A DNA stretch of 64,000 nt from Coriobacteriales bacterium (GTDB taxonomy: Bacteria; Actinomycetota; Coriobacteriia; Coriobacteriales; UBA8131), in assembly GCA_031282405.1 (NCBI GenBank), contig JAITDU010000016.1, forward strand, positions 2,587 to 66,586, read 5' to 3'. Made by a program: the position numbers and the translations under genes. This document shows positions 29,594-38,973 of the stretch, one piece after another; position 1 is the first letter of the stretch; each line of letters begins with the position of its first letter. Below the pieces are notes generated by a model. That model saw only the letters and a program-made list of their open reading frames with translations. It did not search any database and was not told the DNA's origin.

Positions 29594-30780
29594 GGGTCTC
29601 TGTTATCGGTGCCGGTAGTTGGGGTAGCGCCCTTGCTCAACATCTTGCCTTGTCTGGCAATGAGGTGGTTTTGTGGGCACGCAGCGCCGCGTTGGTGGAA
29701 CAGATCAATGCCAGACATGAAAACCCGGCCTATCTCTCCGACATTGTATTTTCCGAGCGCATCGTGGCTACTACTGATTTGGTGTGGGCACTCAGGGATA
29801 CTCAAGCGGTCGTATTGGCTACGCCGTCAGCTGCGGTGCGAACTATCTGCCAGGCCATGGCCACCAGCTATCCTGCGACGGTACCTCTGCTCTTGCTCTC
29901 CAAAGGTGTTGAGAACAGTAGCGGAACATTGTTGCTCGATGTCATCCGAGAGGAACTGAGCCGTGGTTCTACCGTCAACGCCACTACCGGCATCGTTTCC
30001 TCTGCTCCTGCTGTTACCGACTGCAACGTTAATGGTGATAGAGGCGGCCTTGGCAACGATACCGGCAGCGGCCTTGGCAGCGATATCGGTAGCAGCCTTG
30101 GCAGCGATACTGAAAGCATCGCCGCTGGAGCCACCGTTGATAATCCAAAAAGTGTTGCGCCTCTCCAGCTGGCTGTGCTTAGCGGCCCCAACCATGCTGA
30201 GGAAGTAGCCAAGACCATGTTTTCTGCTACGGTGATAGCCTCCTCGAACTCCGACACCGCTCGGTTGTTCCAGCAGCTTTTGGCGAGTGATAACTTCAGG
30301 GTCTACACCAGTTCAGACACCATTGGTGTTCAAGTTTGCGGCGCGGCAAAAAATGTCATCGCTATTGCCACCGGCGTTGCGGTCGGCCGGAAGTTTGGCG
30401 ATAATGCCACCGCGATGCTGATGACACGGGGGTTGGCCGAGATCTCACGGCTGGTCGAGGCCCGTGGCGGCATGAGTCAGACCTGCATGGGATTGGCAGG
30501 TATGGGCGACCTTATCGCAACCTGCACGTCAGTACATTCTCGCAATCGTTCCTTTGGGTTGGCGCTGGCCAAGGGTACAAGCATCGCCGAATACGAGCAG
30601 CACAGCCATATGGTCGTAGAAGGTGCTCTGGCCGCGAAGTCCGTCACGAATCTGGCACAAAACCTGGGCGTGGAAATGCCAATCTGCGAGACTATGCGCG
30701 GGGTCATCTGGGAGGGTCTACCTCTGCAAGAGACTATCCCGGACTTGATGAAACGCAGTGCCAAACCGGAGTTTTACTAA
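29590..30780 (+). CDS. gpsA: NAD(P)H-dependent glycerol-3-phosphate dehydrogenase with low-complexity insert of about 60 aa
   Basis: MRVSVIGAGSWGSALA, GPNHAEEV, CGAAKNVIAIA, VEGALAAK. ATG 29590 overlaps the plsY stop. The track ORF start at 29338 lies inside plsY. Confidence 0.92.
   Translation: MRVSVIGAGSWGSALAQHLALSGNEVVLWARSAALVEQINARHENPAYLSDIVFSERIVATTDLVWALRDTQAVVLATPSAAVRTICQAMATSYPATVPLLLLSKGVENSSGTLLLDVIREELSRGSTVNATTGIVSSAPAVTDCNVNGDRGGLGNDTGSGLGSDIGSSLGSDTESIAAGATVDNPKSVAPLQLAVLSGPNHAEEVAKTMFSATVIASSNSDTARLFQQLLASDNFRVYTSSDTIGVQVCGAAKNVIAIATGVAVGRKFGDNATAMLMTRGLAEISRLVEARGGMSQTCMGLAGMGDLIATCTSVHSRNRSFGLALAKGTSIAEYEQHSHMVVEGALAAKSVTNLAQNLGVEMPICETMRGVIWEGLPLQETIPDLMKRSAKPEFY
30046..30117 (+). 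repeat. In-frame 24-bp tandem repeat x3 inside gpsA
   Basis: ggccttggcaacgataccggcagc / ggccttggcagcgatatcggtagc / agccttggcagcgatactgaaagc, encoding GLGNDTGS-GLGSDIGS-SLGSDTES. Confidence 0.9.
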
Positions 30781-30889
30781 CAAGCAGCTGTTTTAAGCCT
30801 GCGGCGTTGTGAGCCCTGTGCGAACTCTCAGTTGCCGTGCCGCAAAGCATATAATATCGTTAGGCGCGATTAGCGATAAAGGACGAACC

Positions 30890-31747
30890 ATGCCTGACCA
30901 GACAACCAACCGGACGATCAATCAAAAGCCTGACCAGATGAGCAATCAGATGAGCAATCAGATGAGCAATCAGACAAGCAATCAGATGAGCAACCGCGTG
31001 CTCATTGCCCCCTCAATACTCAGTGCCGACCCGCTTAACCTGGAGCGCGACATACGGCTCTTGGAGCAAGTCGCCTGTCCGCCGGATTGGTGGCACATTG
31101 ATGTAATGGATGGGCACTTTGTTCCTAATCTGACCATAGGCCCGGCCTTTGTTGCCGCGCTTAAGAAGATAACGGATATCCCCCTGGATGTTCATCTGAT
31201 GATCGATAATCCGGCTGAGCAACTGGACTGGTACCTTGATGCCGGAGCTGATCTTGTCACCATTCATTTGGAGGCTGCCTGTCTGCCAGCGCAAGCCAAA
31301 AAGGAGCGTCCGACGCGCTCAAGCGAAAAAGGCACTTCGGTCGCTATTCAGGAATTGGATGCCGATGCCATAGCATGGATAGCGAGTATGCTCGCGCGTA
31401 TCCGGACCGCCGGCGCAAAAGCCGGCTTATCGCTCAATCCCGGCACTGACGAGTCTTTGCTCAAGGCTTTTTACTCTCAGTGTGACCTTGTCCTCTTGAT
31501 GAGCGTACATCCGGGCTTTGGCGGCCAATCTTTTATCCCCGGCTCTCTTAAGCGACTGGCCCGGATTTCTGCCGATGCCACCACCGCTCCCGATGGCTTT
31601 TTGTTGGAGATAGATGGTGGTATTGATGTCCAGACCGCTCCGGCCGCTGTAGCCAACGGCGCTAATCTGCTTGTGGCTGGCAGTGCTCTATTCGCTCAGC
31701 GCGATCCCGCGCGTGCCCTGGCGGCGCTCCGGGCCGCCGTGATCTGA
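30890..31747 (+). CDS. rpe: Ribulose-phosphate 3-epimerase with N-terminal QMSN repeat and an internal insert
   Basis: IAPSILSAD, HIDVMDGHFVPN, LDVHLM, MSVHPGFGGQ, EIDGG. 285 aa from ATG 30890 versus a typical length of about 220. Confidence 0.9.
   Translation: MPDQTTNRTINQKPDQMSNQMSNQMSNQTSNQMSNRVLIAPSILSADPLNLERDIRLLEQVACPPDWWHIDVMDGHFVPNLTIGPAFVAALKKITDIPLDVHLMIDNPAEQLDWYLDAGADLVTIHLEAACLPAQAKKERPTRSSEKGTSVAIQELDADAIAWIASMLARIRTAGAKAGLSLNPGTDESLLKAFYSQCDLVLLMSVHPGFGGQSFIPGSLKRLARISADATTAPDGFLLEIDGGIDVQTAPAAVANGANLLVAGSALFAQRDPARALAALRAAVI
30935..30994 (+). repeat. In-frame 12-bp tandem repeat x5 (cagatgagcaat) at the rpe 5' end
   Basis: Encodes QMSN QMSN QMSN QTSN QMSN. Three units are perfect and two differ by single substitutions. 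Confidence 0.9.
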
Positions 31748-31878
31748 GGCAACATCCCGTAGCTTTCATGCTTGCGTCTGTGCCTTCGAACACCGCAAAA
31801 AGCGGATATTTTCACCCATATTATGTGACAAGGAATCCTTAGTTTCCTTTACCATATCCGAGGATTAACAAATCCAAT

Positions 31879-31908
31879 TAAGGGGGGCTCAACTAAGGGG
31901 GGCTCAAT
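31879..31908 (+). promoter_or_regulatory. Tandem direct repeat taaggggggctcaa x2 (16-bp period) upstream of the molybdoenzyme operon
   Basis: Perfect 14-mers at 31879-31892 and 31895-31908, 37-66 nt upstream of ATG 31945. Candidate regulator binding site; function unknown. Confidence 0.4.
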
Positions 31909-31944
31909 TGTATAGCGGTGCCATTCCTAGGAGGGAGAACCAGC

Positions 31945-34353
31945 ATGCAAACAACAAAACTTGGCATCAGTAGGCGTACCTTTATCAAGACGGGAGGCGC
32001 TTTGGCGGCGCTGGCAGCAGTAGGCGGTAGTGTACCGTTAGGATCGTTATTCAGACACGACATTCCTCAAATCTATGCTGAAACACCGGAGACATTCGTT
32101 TGGAACCACTGCGCCGTTAACTGCCCGGGACGATGCGCGCTCAAGCTGTATGTCAAAGACGACGAGATTGTACGGGTGGACACCTACAGTATGGATACCG
32201 ACGATATGGACGAGATTCAACCACGGGCCTGTCTGCGTGGTCGCAGCTATCGCGGCTGGGTCAATCATCCGGATCGTATCAATTATCCCATGAAACGGGC
32301 GGCAGGCAGCAAGCGCGGCGAGGGAAAGTATGAGCGCATTACGTGGGACGAGGCCATTGAGATCATTGCCACGAACTATCGTCAGGTCATCGAACACTAC
32401 GGTCCCGAGGCTGTGTACATGAATTACTGTACCGGAAACTACGGTGTTACCGCTCGCCCGTGGTTTAGACTGCTCAACTCGATTGGTGGCGGTTTTCTAT
32501 CATTTTACGGCAACTACAGCCTGGCACAATTGATGTGGATAACCCCCTACATTTTTGGTTCTAAGGTTACCGCCGGCTCAACGCTTGATGCTGCCGATGA
32601 TGCCGAACTGGTTTTAGTCTTTGGCTCCAGTCCGGTCGAAACACGCCAGGGTGGCGCCGTCTCGCATCATGACTACGTGCGACTGCGCGAGAAAACCAAG
32701 GGCAAGGTATATGTCATCGACCCGCGTTTCAATGACTCTCTTTTGGGTCACTCCGATGAATGGATACCAATAAATCCGGGTACCGATGCTGCCTTGGTTT
32801 CGGCTATTGCCTATGAACTTATTATGAATGAGTGGGTAGACGAAGAATTCTTGCATACGTATTGTGTGGGCTATGACGAGGAGACCTTGCCAAACTCGGC
32901 CAAAGGTCAAAATCTTTCTTATAAGGATTATATTCTGGGAAGCGGCTACGATAAGCAGGCAAAGACCCCCGCGTGGGCTGCGCCGATTACGGGTATCGCC
33001 ACAAGCAGAATCAAAAGTCTGGCACAGGAAATAGGCACGACAAAACCGGTGTTTGTGATACAGGGTTGGGGTCCCCAGCGGCGGAGCAACGGCGAGATGA
33101 CCGGATGGTCAATCTGCATGATTCCGATTCTCACCGGTAATATCGGTCTGCCGGGCACCAGTAACGGCCTGCGCGAAGGTTCCTACGCCATCGCGCTGAC
33201 GGGTTTGCCCGATGGCACCAATAACGTTAAAGCCAGCATCTCGGTTTTCTCGATGGTCGATGCCATCGACCGGGGCAGTCAAATGACGGAGGAAGCCGAC
33301 GGTGTTGTGGGCGTTAAGCAACTTCCCTATGACATAAAGTTCGTCGTCAATTGGGCTGGCAATTGCATTACGAATCAAAACAGCGATATAAACTGGGTGC
33401 ATGATGTGATGAGTGACGAGAGCAAGTGCCAGTTTGTCTTAGGCTCCGACATCCTCATGACTGATTCGCTCAAATACTCTGATGTCATCCTGCCTGATCT
33501 GTTCCGCCTGGAGCAGCCTTCGCTGATCGGCACAGGCGGCGATGGCGCCTATATGTTGGCCGGCAGCTCACCGACTTCTGTGAAATTCGAGCGGAAGTCG
33601 GCCTATGACGCGGCCACTTTGATTGCTCGCGCCCTGGGCAAAGAACAGGAGTTCACCGAAGGTAAAACCCAGGAGGAGTGGCTCAAGAGCTGCTATGAAC
33701 AATCGCGCGTAAAAGACCCGCTGTTGCCTACGTATGACGAGGCCATGGAAATGGGTGTTTATACACGAAAGAATCCCAAGGGACCCACCATCATCATGGA
33801 GAGCTTCAGGAAAGACCCCATTACTAATCCCCTGGCTACCCCTTCGGGAAAGATCGAGATCTATTCCGAGAAGCTGGCTACGCATATAAGCAATCACCGT
33901 TTTGCAGACGATGACCCGGTAGCTCCCATTCCCATCTATGCGCCAGAATGGTACGGAGTCGAGACCACGACAAAGGAATACCCATTGCAGTGTAGTGGTT
34001 TTCATTATCGTGGCCGGTTGCATTCGTGTTGGGGTTCACTTGATATTATGCAGGAATTGAACCCCCAAGAAGCCTGGATCAACCCCACTGATGCTCAGGA
34101 GCGTTCCATCAAACAAGGCGACACGATACGTGTGAAAAATCAGTTTGGCGAAATCGAACTGCCGGCCAAAGTGACGCCGCGTGTTATTGTCGGTACAGTC
34201 GTTATGCCCCAAGGCGCCTGGCATGATGCCAATATGAACGGCGACCGTGTGGATAAGGGCGGCAACATAAACACGTTGACCACGCATCGTCCTTCTCCCT
34301 TTGCGAAGGGCAATCCACAACACACGAATATCTGTCAGGCAATGAAGGCATAA
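31945..34353 (+). CDS. Tat-exported molybdopterin oxidoreductase catalytic subunit, DMSO reductase family (DmsA-like)
   Basis: Twin-arginine signal (SRRTFIKTGGALAALAAVGG), N-terminal FeS motif HCAVNCPGRC, 802 aa. Start at MQTTKLG after GGAGGGAG. Substrate not inferable. Confidence 0.9.
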   Translation: MQTTKLGISRRTFIKTGGALAALAAVGGSVPLGSLFRHDIPQIYAETPETFVWNHCAVNCPGRCALKLYVKDDEIVRVDTYSMDTDDMDEIQPRACLRGRSYRGWVNHPDRINYPMKRAAGSKRGEGKYERITWDEAIEIIATNYRQVIEHYGPEAVYMNYCTGNYGVTARPWFRLLNSIGGGFLSFYGNYSLAQLMWITPYIFGSKVTAGSTLDAADDAELVLVFGSSPVETRQGGAVSHHDYVRLREKTKGKVYVIDPRFNDSLLGHSDEWIPINPGTDAALVSAIAYELIMNEWVDEEFLHTYCVGYDEETLPNSAKGQNLSYKDYILGSGYDKQAKTPAWAAPITGIATSRIKSLAQEIGTTKPVFVIQGWGPQRRSNGEMTGWSICMIPILTGNIGLPGTSNGLREGSYAIALTGLPDGTNNVKASISVFSMVDAIDRGSQMTEEADGVVGVKQLPYDIKFVVNWAGNCITNQNSDINWVHDVMSDESKCQFVLGSDILMTDSLKYSDVILPDLFRLEQPSLIGTGGDGAYMLAGSSPTSVKFERKSAYDAATLIARALGKEQEFTEGKTQEEWLKSCYEQSRVKDPLLPTYDEAMEMGVYTRKNPKGPTIIMESFRKDPITNPLATPSGKIEIYSEKLATHISNHRFADDDPVAPIPIYAPEWYGVETTTKEYPLQCSGFHYRGRLHSCWGSLDIMQELNPQEAWINPTDAQERSIKQGDTIRVKNQFGEIELPAKVTPRVIVGTVVMPQGAWHDANMNGDRVDKGGNINTLTTHRPSPFAKGNPQHTNICQAMKA

Positions 34354-34386
34354 TACGCGATCCAGCGGAAAGGCAAGGTGATATAA

Positions 34387-35007
34387 ATGGCACAACATGC
34401 GTTTTTCTTTGATGGCACGCGCTGTAGCGGTTGCAAAACCTGTGTGTATGCCTGCAAAGACAAGAAAAACCTCAAAGCAGGCAGCACCTATCGACATGTG
34501 TATGAGTACACCGGCGGTCAAACACGCAAAGATGAACAGGGTATCTGCGTCAGCAGTTGCTTCTCGTACTCGCTGTCGATGGCCTGCAACCACTGTGAGA
34601 GTTCAATTTGTGTTCAGGTTTGCCCAACAGGTGCCATGCATAAGGAAGAAAAATACGGAGTCGTGCTCGTCGATGAGTCACGCTGCGTTGGCTGTGGCTA
34701 TTGTCATATGGCCTGTCCTTATAATGCCCCACACATTGACGCGATCTCAGGACATTCGGTCAAATGCGATGCCTGTATCGATCTGTTAAATAAAGGCGAG
34801 AAGCCCGTGTGCGTTTTGTCTTGTCCAGCCCGGGCATTGAAGTTCGGCGAAGCCGGAGCTCTCCAAACTTTGGGTCAGCGCGCCGCCATAGCGCCTTTGC
34901 CTGATCCTAAATACACGCAACCGAACCTGTTCATCAAGCCCTCACGCGACACCAGGCCCTATGGGAGCCAAGATGGAGTCATCGCTAATCCCCAGGAGGT
35001 GAAATAA
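34387..35007 (+). CDS. 4Fe-4S ferredoxin-type electron-transfer subunit (DmsB-like)
   Basis: Four Cys clusters (CSGCKTCVYAC, CNHCESSICVQVCP, CVGCGYCHMACP, CDAC...CVLSCP). Confidence 0.92.
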   Translation: MAQHAFFFDGTRCSGCKTCVYACKDKKNLKAGSTYRHVYEYTGGQTRKDEQGICVSSCFSYSLSMACNHCESSICVQVCPTGAMHKEEKYGVVLVDESRCVGCGYCHMACPYNAPHIDAISGHSVKCDACIDLLNKGEKPVCVLSCPARALKFGEAGALQTLGQRAAIAPLPDPKYTQPNLFIKPSRDTRPYGSQDGVIANPQEVK

Positions 35008-35009
35008 TC

Positions 35010-35864
35010 ATGGAGAACGCAATCACAGAGTTGCCGCTGGCATTATTCACGACGTTGGTACCGATTGGCTCAGGAGCTTTTCTTGCGCTGGCACTGGCTT
35101 TTTTGGTTCACCCATTTAGCCCTGAACAGCTAAAGCGCATTGATCGTTTAACTCTGCTGCCATTGCTTGTCATGGCACTGGGTTTCGTAGATTCAGTGTT
35201 TCATCTTAAGGATCCATTGCATATATTCTACGTGTTTACGGGCATCGGCTCCTCGCCGCTTTCCAATGAGATAGCAATCGGAGTCCTGTTCTTTGTTGTT
35301 GCCCTGATTTATTGGATGCTTGCATTTGGCGGCAAGCTCTCCCAGGCGGTCCGCAAAGGCTATGCTCTAATACTGGGAGTCTTTGCGCTGGTATTCGCGG
35401 TTTCTTGCGGTATGGCCTATATGATCGAAACGATTGTTACCTGGAATACGATCTTTGGGCCCCTGGAGATAGTAGGCATAGGTATCCTGGGTGGCATTCT
35501 GTTCGGCACCGTTATTTTGATGCAGGCAAAGGTCTATGATGATGATCTGAACAATTCTTATTGGCGCACAGCACTGGTAATAGCCAGTGTAGGACTTGTG
35601 TTGAGCGCAGGGGCGCTGGCTGCGCATATTGCGTTTTCGGCCACGGTTGTCGGCACTCAAGTCTCTGGCGCAGAGATAACAGCAGTCGCGTTGCCTTTTG
35701 GTGCGTTGGCGATTGTCGGTCTGGTTGCCTCTTTTGCTTGTTTGATAGGCATACTGACAAAAAGACGGACGGCACTGTCCATTACAGGTTTTGGCTTAGT
35801 GCTTATTGCGTCATTTTTGGGGAGAATGGTGTTTTACCTGCTGGAACTTAACGTGGGATTGTAG
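35010..35864 (+). CDS. DmsC-like integral membrane anchor subunit
   Basis: 284 aa with about 8 hydrophobic helices, immediately after the A and B subunits. Confidence 0.8.
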   Translation: MENAITELPLALFTTLVPIGSGAFLALALAFLVHPFSPEQLKRIDRLTLLPLLVMALGFVDSVFHLKDPLHIFYVFTGIGSSPLSNEIAIGVLFFVVALIYWMLAFGGKLSQAVRKGYALILGVFALVFAVSCGMAYMIETIVTWNTIFGPLEIVGIGILGGILFGTVILMQAKVYDDDLNNSYWRTALVIASVGLVLSAGALAAHIAFSATVVGTQVSGAEITAVALPFGALAIVGLVASFACLIGILTKRRTALSITGFGLVLIASFLGRMVFYLLELNVGL

Positions 35865-35876
35865 CATCCGGGACTG

Positions 35877-36629
35877 GTGCGAAAGCGAGATAGTGTGAGC
35901 AAAAAGATCGAACCTGACGTAACATCTGCCTCAATGTTGGAACCAGTGTCTGACTTTGCGTTTGATTCAGTATCCGATCCAGCGCCTGATGTGTGCGAGG
36001 CCATCGCCTTCATTGGACGGATCCTGGGCTCATTTTTTAGTTATGGGCCACCACAAACGAGAGAGGCGCTAGCGTCCATCGCCTCTCTTGATGTACCTGC
36101 TGCTGCTGAGGAGTGGCCGTTCGTCGACACAGACGCGGCATTACTCAGTCTCAATCTGATGCAGGCAGGTGCACTACCGTATGCGGATCCCAACGCCGAT
36201 GCGGCCGCACAAGACGTTTTGCTTTGGGAGTACCGCCGGCTTTTTATAGGTCCCAATCGTAAGCCAGCTCCTCCCTGGGGCTCGGTGTATACCGATAAGG
36301 AGTGTGTCATCTTTGGCTTGAGTTGTCTTGACCTGCGGCAATGGATGCGTCAAAACGGTGTCAATCGCCAGACAACGCATCGTACGCCCGAGGATCATAT
36401 TGGTGAGTTGTTGTTGCTCATGGCCTGGCTGGCGCAACATCGGCCAGAGTTACTCGGTGCATTTCTCTCTCAGCATGTACTCACCTGGTCTTCACACATG
36501 CTCGCACAGCTTGCGCGTGGTACCGAGCATCCCTTCTATGTGGGCCTGGCCTACCTTACCAAAGATAGTCTGGAGGGTATAAAGGATACGCTTGAACTCC
36601 AGGTGCTTTATCCGATATACTATCGCTGA
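35877..36629 (+). CDS. TorD/DmsD-family redox-enzyme maturation chaperone
   Basis: LWEYRRLFIGPNRKPAPPWGSVY...PEDHIGELLLLMAWL are TorD-family signatures. Start uncertain (GTG 35877 or an internal ATG). Confidence 0.8.
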   Translation: MRKRDSVSKKIEPDVTSASMLEPVSDFAFDSVSDPAPDVCEAIAFIGRILGSFFSYGPPQTREALASIASLDVPAAAEEWPFVDTDAALLSLNLMQAGALPYADPNADAAAQDVLLWEYRRLFIGPNRKPAPPWGSVYTDKECVIFGLSCLDLRQWMRQNGVNRQTTHRTPEDHIGELLLLMAWLAQHRPELLGAFLSQHVLTWSSHMLAQLARGTEHPFYVGLAYLTKDSLEGIKDTLELQVLYPIYYR

Positions 36630-36658
36630 TATTCAAACAGCATAGTACAGGGGGAACC

Positions 36659-37108
36659 ATGGGAGAAGCCCAGAGATTGGGATTGAGCCAAAGCGAGCCT
36701 GTCAAACTCACTAAGCCCAATGCCCAAAAACTTCACAGACGTGAGACATCGACCGTCCCGGCCGCTCAAACGCCACCGTCAACAAGCGCACAGGCGCGTT
36801 TTTTGCCTGATTTCGAGCACGACAGCGAAAACCCAATGCGAGTCGCTGTAAATACATGGTCTGGCGAGTTGCACTATCGCGACCGTATCTCCAAACAGGT
36901 CGTGCTGTTGCAACAGCACTATCATCTCACCAATCGTGAGGCCGAGGTGCTTGAGGAGATTGTTCGCGGCAACGGTGTTGCACGCATCGCCACGAAATTG
37001 TTTGTTTCCGAGAACACGATTCGTACCCACGGCAAGCGGTTGTATGTCAAACTGGACATTCACAAAAAACAGGAATTGCTTGACCTGGTCGAGATGTTTG
37101 TGCCCTAA
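36659..37108 (+). CDS. Small LuxR-family HTH transcriptional regulator
   Basis: C-terminal LTNREAEVLEEIVRGNGVARIATKLFVSENTIRTHGKRLYVKL (LuxR/GerE HTH). N-terminal part of about 85 aa has no recognisable sensor domain or TM helices. Confidence 0.85.
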   Translation: MGEAQRLGLSQSEPVKLTKPNAQKLHRRETSTVPAAQTPPSTSAQARFLPDFEHDSENPMRVAVNTWSGELHYRDRISKQVVLLQQHYHLTNREAEVLEEIVRGNGVARIATKLFVSENTIRTHGKRLYVKLDIHKKQELLDLVEMFVP

Positions 37109-37153
37109 AATGAGTCCTGACTGTCTTAGCCGTAGCCGAATTATGAGGTATGA

Positions 37154-37822
37154 ATGGCACATCGTATCCTGATAATCGAGGATGACCGCATGATCCAGCA
37201 AGAACTCAGGACCCTGCTGGAATCCTATCATCATACCGTTATTACTACGGACGACTTTATCGATGTCGTCGACTTTGTCATCGGAGAGGATCCCGATCTG
37301 GTGCTGCTGGATCTGAATCTACCCTTTTACGACGGCTATCATGTCTGTCGTGAGCTACGCAAGCACTCTCGCGTACCGATAATCGTTGTGACCAGCAAAG
37401 ACAGCGAGATGGACGAGCTCATGAGTATGAACCTCGGTGCCGACTACTTCGTAACTAAGCCCTATAACACCAGTATTCTCATGGCCAAGATCACGGTTTT
37501 GCTGGATCGTACCTATGGCCAGGTACCCACGCGGATAATTCGCCAAGGCGAACTCAGCCTGGATCTGGGATTGAGCATGGCCTGTTTCAGGAACAAAACA
37601 ACAGAACTCACGAAAAACGAGTCGCGTATCCTGCAAACTCTGATGGAGAATGCTGGTCGAATAACCAGTCGAGAAGAGATCATGGATGCGCTTTGGCAAA
37701 CCGACAGCTTTGTGGACGACAACACCCTGACGGTGAACGTAAACCGCCTGCGCAAGAAGCTCGCTTTGATAGATGCCCAGGACCTGATTAAGACCCGGCG
37801 AGCGCGGGGGTATCTGTTGTGA
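37154..37822 (+). CDS. OmpR-family response regulator (BceR-like)
   Basis: Receiver (ILIIEDD...DLVLLDLNLP...K) plus winged helix (LTKNESRILQTLMEN...RGYLL). Confidence 0.92.
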   Translation: MAHRILIIEDDRMIQQELRTLLESYHHTVITTDDFIDVVDFVIGEDPDLVLLDLNLPFYDGYHVCRELRKHSRVPIIVVTSKDSEMDELMSMNLGADYFVTKPYNTSILMAKITVLLDRTYGQVPTRIIRQGELSLDLGLSMACFRNKTTELTKNESRILQTLMENAGRITSREEIMDALWQTDSFVDDNTLTVNVNRLRKKLALIDAQDLIKTRRARGYLL

Positions 37823-38850
37823 GTCCTCCCAGAGTACAGCAAGCTCCGGGAGCGCTGGGGACGGGCGATTTTTTGCGCGGCAAGGCCCCGTATCTGGCGA
37901 TCGTTGCTCTTGTCACCGTGATAACGATCTTGCTTCTGACGCGTGTATATGCCGTGGACACGCCGCTTGCGCTCTTAGCTTCAGGCATACTGCTGGTAGG
38001 TAGCTTGCTGGCACTCGTACCGGAGTTTCTTATAAAGCGGCGCTATTATTGCGAGTTGGCAGACGCGCTGGCGCATCTTGAAAAAAAGTACCTCTTGGCC
38101 GATGTCATCGAATACCCGGATTTTGTTGAGGGCAGAATACTTTATGACACGCTACGCCTGACGGGAAAGTCGATGAACGACGAGATCGCCCACTACGAAC
38201 TGAAGACCCAGGAATACCGCGAGTACATCGAGATGTGGGTGCATGAAATCAAAACTCCGCTCGTTGGTATGAAATTACTGAGCGAGAACACGAAGATGCG
38301 CGAGCTTTTGACCGAGTTGGACAGGACTGAATTTTTAGTCGAACAGGTACTGTATTACGCCCGTAGCAATGCAGTGGAAAAGGACTACCAGATTAAACAG
38401 ACAGACCTGTCTGAACTCGTCGGCACCGTCATTAAGAATAACGCCCGGCTACTCATTGCTCATAAGGTTAAAGTAAGAAATACCGGGCTTGCGCACACGG
38501 TCTTAACCGACGCAAAGTGGACGACGTTCATCTTGCGTCAAATCATAGATAATGCGGTGAAGTACCAGGCTACGACGCTGGGATTCAGCGCTCGTGCCGA
38601 GGCCGACGGTGTCAGACTGTGTGTACGTGATGACGGGGTCGGTATCAGCGATGCCGACATCGGCCGGATATTCGAGAAAGGTTTTACAGGGGAGAATGGC
38701 CGCCGCTTTGGTAGGGCCACCGGTCTGGGACTCTATATCTGCTATCGGCTCTGCCAGCGTCTAGGATTGGGCATAGCTGCGCGATCAGCTCCCGGACAAG
38801 GTACGGTCATTGAGTTGTACTTTCCCAGGCGTCATCCGTTGGAATACTAA
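37819..38850 (+). CDS. Intramembrane-sensing histidine kinase (BceS-like)
   Basis: Two N-terminal TM helices with almost no external loop, H-box HEIKTPL, N/G boxes (DNAVKY, DDGVGI, GLGLYI). GTG overlaps the regulator stop. Confidence 0.9.
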   Translation: MSPPRVQQAPGALGTGDFLRGKAPYLAIVALVTVITILLLTRVYAVDTPLALLASGILLVGSLLALVPEFLIKRRYYCELADALAHLEKKYLLADVIEYPDFVEGRILYDTLRLTGKSMNDEIAHYELKTQEYREYIEMWVHEIKTPLVGMKLLSENTKMRELLTELDRTEFLVEQVLYYARSNAVEKDYQIKQTDLSELVGTVIKNNARLLIAHKVKVRNTGLAHTVLTDAKWTTFILRQIIDNAVKYQATTLGFSARAEADGVRLCVRDDGVGISDADIGRIFEKGFTGENGRRFGRATGLGLYICYRLCQRLGLGIAARSAPGQGTVIELYFPRRHPLEY

Positions 38851-38955
38851 TATAAATATATAATAGTATTTTGGATGGTCTGCAAGAGTAGAAATTGCCT
38901 TACAACCGCCTTGAGGTATACCTGCCACGTTGTGCAAATAGAGGGTAGGGTATTA

Positions 38956-38973
38956 CCTTACAGAAATGTAAGG
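38956..38973. promoter_or_regulatory. Perfect inverted repeat CCTTACA-GAAA-TGTAAGG, candidate BceR-type operator
   Basis: Seven-bp perfect arms with a 4-nt spacer, in the 323-bp gap between the kinase and ABC genes. From memory, BceR-like operators have an ...ACA-N4-TGT... architecture. Confidence 0.55.
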
